A stretch of 30,605 bases of DNA. Source: Candidatus Eiseniibacteriota bacterium (GTDB lineage: Bacteria > Eisenbacteria > RBG-16-71-46). The DNA is taken from contig JBBRLX010000039.1 in the NCBI GenBank assembly GCA_038231135.1, positions 1-30,605 of the forward strand, read 5' to 3'. This document shows, in pieces, positions 25,398 through 30,605 of the stretch (the stretch's first letter is position 1; each line of letters opens with the position of its first letter). Below the pieces are notes generated by a model. That model had not been told where the DNA came from, made no database searches, and saw nothing but the letters and a program-made list of their open reading frames with translations. The position numbers and the translations under genes were made by a program.

Positions 25398-25984
25398 GTG
25401 ATCCGCAGCCGGCCGCCGCCACGGGCACCCTCCCCACGCGCGAGCAGGCGTTGGCGCTGCTGCACGAGTGGGTCACGAATCCCGCGCTGCGCAAGCACTG
25501 CTACGCGGTGGAAGCCGCGATGCGCGCCTATGCCCGCAAGGCGGGCGCGGATGAGGAGCGCTGGGGGCTCACGGGCCTGATCCACGACTTCGACTGGGAG
25601 CGCCACCCTGACGCCGCGCGGCATCCTGCGCTCGGCGTCGAGCAGTTGCGCTCGCTCGGCTGGCCCGAGGACATCTGCCGCGCCGTAATGGGCCACGCGA
25701 CCTACAGCGGCGTGCCGCGGGACACGCCGATGGCGCGGACGCTGTTCGCCTGCGACGAGCTGTGCGGATTCCTCGTGGCGTGTGCGCTGATCATGCCGTC
25801 GCGGGCGCTGGCCGATGTCGAGGTGGCGTCGGTGAAGAAGAAGCTCAAGCGCGCCGATTTCGCCCGCAACGTGAATCGCGACGACATCCTCACCGGCACC
25901 GCCGAGCTGGGTGAGGATCTCGACGCGCACATCGCGTTCACGCTCGCGGCCATGCAGGCGATCGCTCCCGAGCTGGGACTGTGA
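25394..25984 (+). CDS. HD/HDIG-domain metalloprotein (predicted hydrolase)
   Basis: 'LRKHCYAVEAAM...GLIHDFDWE...H...MGHA...LFACDELCGF...KKKLKRADFARNVNRDDI'. ATG overlaps the ferredoxin TGA (ATGA). Confidence 0.88.
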   Translation: MSDPQPAAATGTLPTREQALALLHEWVTNPALRKHCYAVEAAMRAYARKAGADEERWGLTGLIHDFDWERHPDAARHPALGVEQLRSLGWPEDICRAVMGHATYSGVPRDTPMARTLFACDELCGFLVACALIMPSRALADVEVASVKKKLKRADFARNVNRDDILTGTAELGEDLDAHIAFTLAAMQAIAPELGL

Positions 25985-26607
25985 TCGCTGGCCTGCTGTC
26001 GAAGCTGGCAGCCACCGCTGCGTCGGACTCGCTCACCGCCGCGGCCGTCGGGCACAGCCTCGCCGAATTCCAGGACTTCATCGACCACTGGCACGACTTC
26101 TTCTTGCTCACCGGAACGGCCGCGGCGACGCTGGCGGGGCTGCTGTTCATCGCGCTGTCGCTGCACATGGAGGTGCTGGTTCGCCCGAAGTTCTCCGGCA
26201 TGCTCGTGGTGGCGCGTTCTGCGCTCACGTCGTTCGTGACCGTGCTGATCGTATCCATGATGATGCTGCCGCCGGGGCTCTCGCCGCGTTCGAGCGGGTT
26301 CTCGTTGATCGCGTTCGTCGGCGTGTTCACCGTGATATCGCTGTTCGACCTCCGCAAGGCGCTCGAGCACGAGCACCAGGACTTCCCGCGCCGCACGGTG
26401 CGCCGCCGCGTGCTGATGCCGATCGTGGGATACGCCTTTCTCATGTTCATCGGGGTCTCGCTGTTCCGGCACGTGTACGAGGCGATGTATCTCATGATCA
26501 GCGCGATGTCGCTGCTGCTCGCGAATGCGGCGTTCGCATCGTGGGACCTGCTGGTGCGCGTGTCGAAGGTGAAGGCGGGGCTGAGGCCGGACGAGCCGGT
26601 CGGATAA
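25981..26607 (+). CDS. Uncharacterised membrane protein (about 5 TM)
   Basis: 'WHDFFLLTGTAAATLAGLLFIALSL' plus four further hydrophobic segments. GTG overlaps the HD-gene TGA. Confidence 0.75.
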   Translation: MIAGLLSKLAATAASDSLTAAAVGHSLAEFQDFIDHWHDFFLLTGTAAATLAGLLFIALSLHMEVLVRPKFSGMLVVARSALTSFVTVLIVSMMMLPPGLSPRSSGFSLIAFVGVFTVISLFDLRKALEHEHQDFPRRTVRRRVLMPIVGYAFLMFIGVSLFRHVYEAMYLMISAMSLLLANAAFASWDLLVRVSKVKAGLRPDEPVG

Positions 26608-26629
26608 CCGCGGACGGCGCCGGCGAGCA

Positions 26630-29600
26630 TCATTTCCGGCCGTCGCGCCCGCCGAACCCGAATCCGCCCGCGCCCGACGCCAGCGCCGTCACGGCGTCCA
26701 CGTTGAGGCTGACCGCACCGAGCGTCGCGTCGACCCGTCCCGCCATGTGCAGCACCTCGCCGCGCACGGCGCCCGCCCAGCGGCGCCACGCGTCGGGGAA
26801 CAGCACGCACTCGCCGATTCCGCTGCGGTCGGCGATCGACACGAACAGCATCGTGCCCCCGGATTTCGTCTCGATCGACCGGTAGGCGCACGGCAGGCCG
26901 AGCAGCGCGACGCGGCGGCCGACGTGGTGCTCGAGCGCTGCCGCGGGGATCCACTCGGGAGCGTGGCGGCCGCCACGATGCGCCGGCGCCGGACCCGGCC
27001 GCAGCCGCGGCTCCGGCGCACGCCACGACGCCGGGTCCACCCACACGTCGAGCGGATGCGCGCTGAACCACAGCCCGCTCGCGCGGCACTCGCCGCGCAC
27101 GCGTTCGGCCAGGTCGAACTCGGGCAGCTCGGCGATCTCGAACGGCGTCACCGAGCCGGGCATCACCGGCGCGCCGTCGTCCGCGGTCAGCTCGAGCGTG
27201 GCCGCGTGGGCCGCGTCGCGGGCGCTCGAGACCCGCGTCGCGAGGCGTCCGGCGCGCTCGCGCGGCCGGCCGCGCAGCCCGCCCATGGGCGGGGAGCCGC
27301 CCGACGCCGCCAGCACGCGCGCCTCGAGCAACAGCGCGGGCCGCGTGCGGCCGGTGCGGTCGAGCGCGCCCGCGAGGATCAGCGATTCCAGCTCCGGCAG
27401 CGCGGGACGCGCCCGGCGCACCAGGTCGGCCACGCCGGCCCATGGCCGCGCGGCGCGCTCCGCCACGATCCGGTCGGCAGTCGCACGCGCGAGCCCGAAG
27501 ACCCGCGACAGCCCGACCCGCACCCCGGCCCCCTCGAGCGTCGCCTCCCACGCCGAATGCCACGCGCACGGCGGCAGGAACGTGACGCCGTTGCGGCGCA
27601 GATCCTCGACGTGCACCCACGTCGCGTACATGCCGGCGTGATGGTTCAGGATCCCCACCGCCCATTCCGCTGGGAAGTGCGTCTTGAGATAGACGCTCTG
27701 CCAGCCGAGCGTGCCGTAGCCGGCGGCGTGCGCCTTGCAGAACGCGTAGGCCGCGAACCGCGTGAGGTCGCGCCACACGGCGCGGGCGTTCGCCTCCGCC
27801 ACGCCGCGCCGCAGCGCCAGCGCCACGAACCCGCGCTCGAGCGACCGGAACTCCGCCTCATCGTGTGCGCGGCCGATCGCGCGGCGCAGGTCGTCGCCCT
27901 CGGCGAGCGGCAGGCCGGCGATCGCGGCGGCGACGTGCATCACGTCCTCCTCGTAGAGCATGACGCCGAGCGTGCCGCCCAGCACCGGTGCCAGCCGCGG
28001 ATCGTGGAACGTCACCGGCTCGAGGCCGCGCTTGCGGCGGCAGAACGCCTCCTTGAGGCCCATCTCCGCGGGGCCGGGGCGCACCGCCGCCACGGCGGCG
28101 ATGGTGTCGTCGAGCGTGCGCGCGTCGAGCATCCGCAACAGGTGGCGCATGGCGGGTGACTCGAGCTGGAAGCAGTTGAGCGTGTCGCCCGCGGCGACGC
28201 GTGCCGAGGTCGCCGGGTCGGGGTCGGGAATCCGGTCGGGGTCGATGTCGATGCCGCGCCGCTCGCGCACGCGCTCGACGCATTCGGCGATCGTGGTGAG
28301 CGCGCGGTTGCCGAGCAGGTCCATCTTCACGAGCCCGATCGCCTCGATCGCGCGCATCTCGAACTGCGTCACGATCACGCCCTTGGCGGCGGGCTCGAGC
28401 GGCGCGTACCAGGTGAGCGGCCGGTCGGCGATCACCACGCCGCCGCTGTGCACCGACAGATGCCGCGGCGCGCCGTCGAGCCGCTCCGCGAGCTCGAGCG
28501 CGCGCGCCAGCACCGGCTCGCTCCAGTCCACGCCGCGCGCGTCCGGCAGTTGCGCCAGCTGCGCGGCGTAGGGGCGCTCGAGCGCCCGCGGGATGCGGCG
28601 CGCGAGCCCGTTCACGCGCGCGTTCGCCACGCCCAGCGCCTTCGCGGTCTCGCGGAACGCCGAGCGGGCGCCCAGGGCGGCGTGCGTCGAGATCATCGCG
28701 ACACGGTCGTGGCCGTAGGTGTCGTACACGTGCGCGATCACCTCGTCACGGCGCTGCCAGCACAGGTCGATGTCGAGATCCGGGCAATCCTGCCGCCCCG
28801 GGTTCAGGAACCGCTCGAACGTGAGGTGGTAGCGGATCGGGTCCACGTTCGTGATGCCGAGGCAGTAGGCGACGAGCGAGCTGGCGCCCGAGCCGCGGCC
28901 CACCGACGGGATGCCGCGCGCGCGCGCGAACTCGACGATCTCGGCGACGAGCAGGAAGTAGTCGGTGAAGCCGAGGCGCTCGATCATGCCGAGCTCGCCC
29001 CGCAGCCGCGCGACGGCGTCGGCGCGGCGCGAGCCGTAGCGGCGCACCACGCCCGCCTCGCCCAGGCGCAGCAGCCAGCCCGGGCCGGTCTCGCCTGCGG
29101 GCAGCGGCGCGCGCGGGAAGATCGGCACCCCCAGGTCGAGTTCGAGCCGCAGCCGGTCCGCGAGCGCGTGATTCGCGCGGAGCGCCGCGCGCGCCGTGTC
29201 CGGCAGTCCCGCCGCCGCGCACACCGCCTCGACCCGGCGTATCCATTCACCCGGGCCCGCGAGCCAGGCGTCCCCGGCCGCGAACGCCTCCGCCGGCATG
29301 CGTTCCAGCAACTCGCCCGCCGCAGCCGTCACGGCGGCGCGGTGACCGTCGTGGTCCGCGGCGTCGAGCATCACCACGTCGCCGGTCGCGACGACCTCGA
29401 TGCCGAGCCGTCGCGCCGCGGCGACCCGCGCCGGCAGCTCGATCCGCTCGCGCGCGATGCCGCGCAGGCCCATCCACAGCCGCGCCCGCGGCAGTCCGGC
29501 GCCGAGCAGCGCCGCCGCGAGCTGGGGCGATTCGACGACGACCTCGAGCCCGGCGTGGTGCGTGGCCAGCGCGCGGACCAGGTCGAAGTCCGCCTCGCAG

Positions 29601-29884
29601 TGGTGCGCCGTGATCACCGCGCACAGCTCCGCGAAGCCCGGGCGGTCAGCCACCAGCAGCAGCGCGCCCGCGGCATCATCGCCGATTGTGGCGCCGAGCA
29701 GCGGACGCAGCCCCTCGGCGCGTGCGTGCTGCCAGAATCGGATCGCCAGGTAGAGGTTGCAGCGCTCGGTCAGCGCGAGCGACGCGTAGCCCAGCTCGAG
29801 CGCGCGCGCGACGAGCGCCTCGGGCGCTGCCGAGCCGTACAGCAACGAGCCGTGCGACCGCGCCCGCAGCGGCGTGAACGTCAT
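26630..29884 (-). CDS. dnaE: DNA polymerase III alpha subunit, probably non-replicative DnaE2-like
   Basis: GRGSGASSLVAYCLGIT, FERFLNP, catalytic PDLDID and KMDLLG, RHLSVHSGGVVI, FQLESP, YAFCKAHAAGY, HhH, C-terminal OB fold. PHP metal ligands are replaced and there is no tau-binding tail after the OB fold. Confidence 0.93.
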   Translation of the reverse strand: MTFTPLRARSHGSLLYGSAAPEALVARALELGYASLALTERCNLYLAIRFWQHARAEGLRPLLGATIGDDAAGALLLVADRPGFAELCAVITAHHCEADFDLVRALATHHAGLEVVVESPQLAAALLGAGLPRARLWMGLRGIARERIELPARVAAARRLGIEVVATGDVVMLDAADHDGHRAAVTAAAGELLERMPAEAFAAGDAWLAGPGEWIRRVEAVCAAAGLPDTARAALRANHALADRLRLELDLGVPIFPRAPLPAGETGPGWLLRLGEAGVVRRYGSRRADAVARLRGELGMIERLGFTDYFLLVAEIVEFARARGIPSVGRGSGASSLVAYCLGITNVDPIRYHLTFERFLNPGRQDCPDLDIDLCWQRRDEVIAHVYDTYGHDRVAMISTHAALGARSAFRETAKALGVANARVNGLARRIPRALERPYAAQLAQLPDARGVDWSEPVLARALELAERLDGAPRHLSVHSGGVVIADRPLTWYAPLEPAAKGVIVTQFEMRAIEAIGLVKMDLLGNRALTTIAECVERVRERRGIDIDPDRIPDPDPATSARVAAGDTLNCFQLESPAMRHLLRMLDARTLDDTIAAVAAVRPGPAEMGLKEAFCRRKRGLEPVTFHDPRLAPVLGGTLGVMLYEEDVMHVAAAIAGLPLAEGDDLRRAIGRAHDEAEFRSLERGFVALALRRGVAEANARAVWRDLTRFAAYAFCKAHAAGYGTLGWQSVYLKTHFPAEWAVGILNHHAGMYATWVHVEDLRRNGVTFLPPCAWHSAWEATLEGAGVRVGLSRVFGLARATADRIVAERAARPWAGVADLVRRARPALPELESLILAGALDRTGRTRPALLLEARVLAASGGSPPMGGLRGRPRERAGRLATRVSSARDAAHAATLELTADDGAPVMPGSVTPFEIAELPEFDLAERVRGECRASGLWFSAHPLDVWVDPASWRAPEPRLRPGPAPAHRGGRHAPEWIPAAALEHHVGRRVALLGLPCAYRSIETKSGGTMLFVSIADRSGIGECVLFPDAWRRWAGAVRGEVLHMAGRVDATLGAVSLNVDAVTALASGAGGFGFGGRDGRK

Positions 29885-30008
29885 GGGAGGAGGGAGCGCG
29901 ACGCCGCGACGCCTGAGGGCGAGACCGATCGATGCGGCTGCCGGGGAGTGGGCAACGCCGTGACGCGTGCGGGCGCCGCCGGCGGGTCCGGCCGCGCGGC
30001 GGAACGAC

Positions 30009-30605
30009 CTAGCCGGCCGCCTTCGCGACGGGTCCGAACACCGGCATCGTGCGGCCGCCGGCGACGTGCAGTCGCGCGTCGGGCAGCGCGTCGCGGTGGA
30101 AGTTCGGGGCCACGAGGATGCGCCGCAGCAGCCGGACGCCCCAGGCCTTCTCCTCGGCCGACAGCACGCGCGACGTGCCCGTGAACCGGAAGTTGCAGAC
30201 GGCGAGATCGGCGCCTTCCATCCACGCCACCACCAGCCAGTGCTCGTTCTCGGGGCCGGGCAGCCGCAGCCAGAACGCCGACACGTCGAAGTCGCCGACG
30301 TGCTGCGACCACTGCCGCAGGATGCGCTCGTCGCCGAACCCCATCATCTCCTGCAGCGCGAACGCCGCCGGGGTGTTCGCGTTGAACCGGCCGCGCACCA
30401 GCGCCGCGCTCGGCTGCACGGCCATGGCCGGCGTGAACGGCGGCGGCTGGGCGAGCGCGAAGCACAGCGCCTCGGCGCGGTGCCGGGGCGCCAGGCTCGG
30501 ACCGCGGCTCGTCACGAGGTCGAGCACCACGTAGACGAGCGCCGTCACCGCCACCAGCGCGGTCAGCGCCACCGACCACCACGGAACGTGCAGGATGCGC
30601 GGGCG
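30009..30605 (-). CDS. Membrane-anchored hypothetical protein, 5' end outside the window
   Basis: Frame is open to the edge (RPRILHVPWWSVALTALVAVTALVYVVLDLV...). One TM followed by a globular-looking domain; TAG stop at 30009. Confidence 0.65.
   Translation of the reverse strand, partial: RPRILHVPWWSVALTALVAVTALVYVVLDLVTSRGPSLAPRHRAEALCFALAQPPPFTPAMAVQPSAALVRGRFNANTPAAFALQEMMGFGDERILRQWSQHVGDFDVSAFWLRLPGPENEHWLVVAWMEGADLAVCNFRFTGTSRVLSAEEKAWGVRLLRRILVAPNFHRDALPDARLHVAGGRTMPVFGPVAKAAG

Noticed and set aside
291..30534. Many long antisense or off-frame ORFs (e.g. 291-2696 -, 3602-5665 +, 8617-10743 +, 23034-25133 +, 25938-27776 -, 28448-30184 +)
   Set aside because: Arg/Ala/Pro/Gly-rich shadows of real genes, expected in very high-GC DNA; no motifs, and each overlaps a well-supported CDS.
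1..30605. tRNA, rRNA, CRISPR array, riboswitch (Moco, preQ1, cobalamin), prophage genes
   Set aside because: Intergenic gaps are short and I found no cloverleaf, spaced repeats or riboswitch consensus by eye; moaD and queG have no room for leaders. An Infernal/Rfam scan would be decisive.

Overview
Very GC-rich, densely coding bacterial chromosome segment with about 27 genes, mostly housekeeping and cell-envelope functions. The high GC, a secreted protein ending in a FlgD-Ig-like domain, a YfhO-type protein and a membrane-plus-TPR protein suggest a diderm of the FCB/Ca. Eisenbacteria type (inference only). Left to right: the left end and first 26 codons of a probable IS630-family element absent from the ORF track; YfhO-like membrane protein; SnoaL/NTF2 protein; tryptophanase; MBL-fold hydrolase; CPBP intramembrane protease divergent from moaD-GNAT-moaE; a coupled minus-strand trio (DUF6600-like lipoprotein, queG, large modular CBM/FN3/TIM-barrel glycoside hydrolase); membrane-plus-TPR protein; trxB, ETF:quinone oxidoreductase and HEAT protein; PQQ-type sugar dehydrogenase with FlgD-Ig tail; MacAB-like four-gene ABC exporter; ferredoxin, HD protein and membrane protein; a DnaE2-like polymerase with a degenerate PHP site and no adjacent imuA/imuB/dinB; a 5'-truncated membrane-anchored protein. 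I saw no tRNA, rRNA, CRISPR array or prophage. I cannot show a new system from sequence alone. The best leads are the orphan DnaE2-like polymerase, the unclassified modular hydrolase coupled to queG, the GNAT inserted between moaD and moaE, and the ferredoxin-HD coupling. All calls come from reading motifs by eye; no searches were run.
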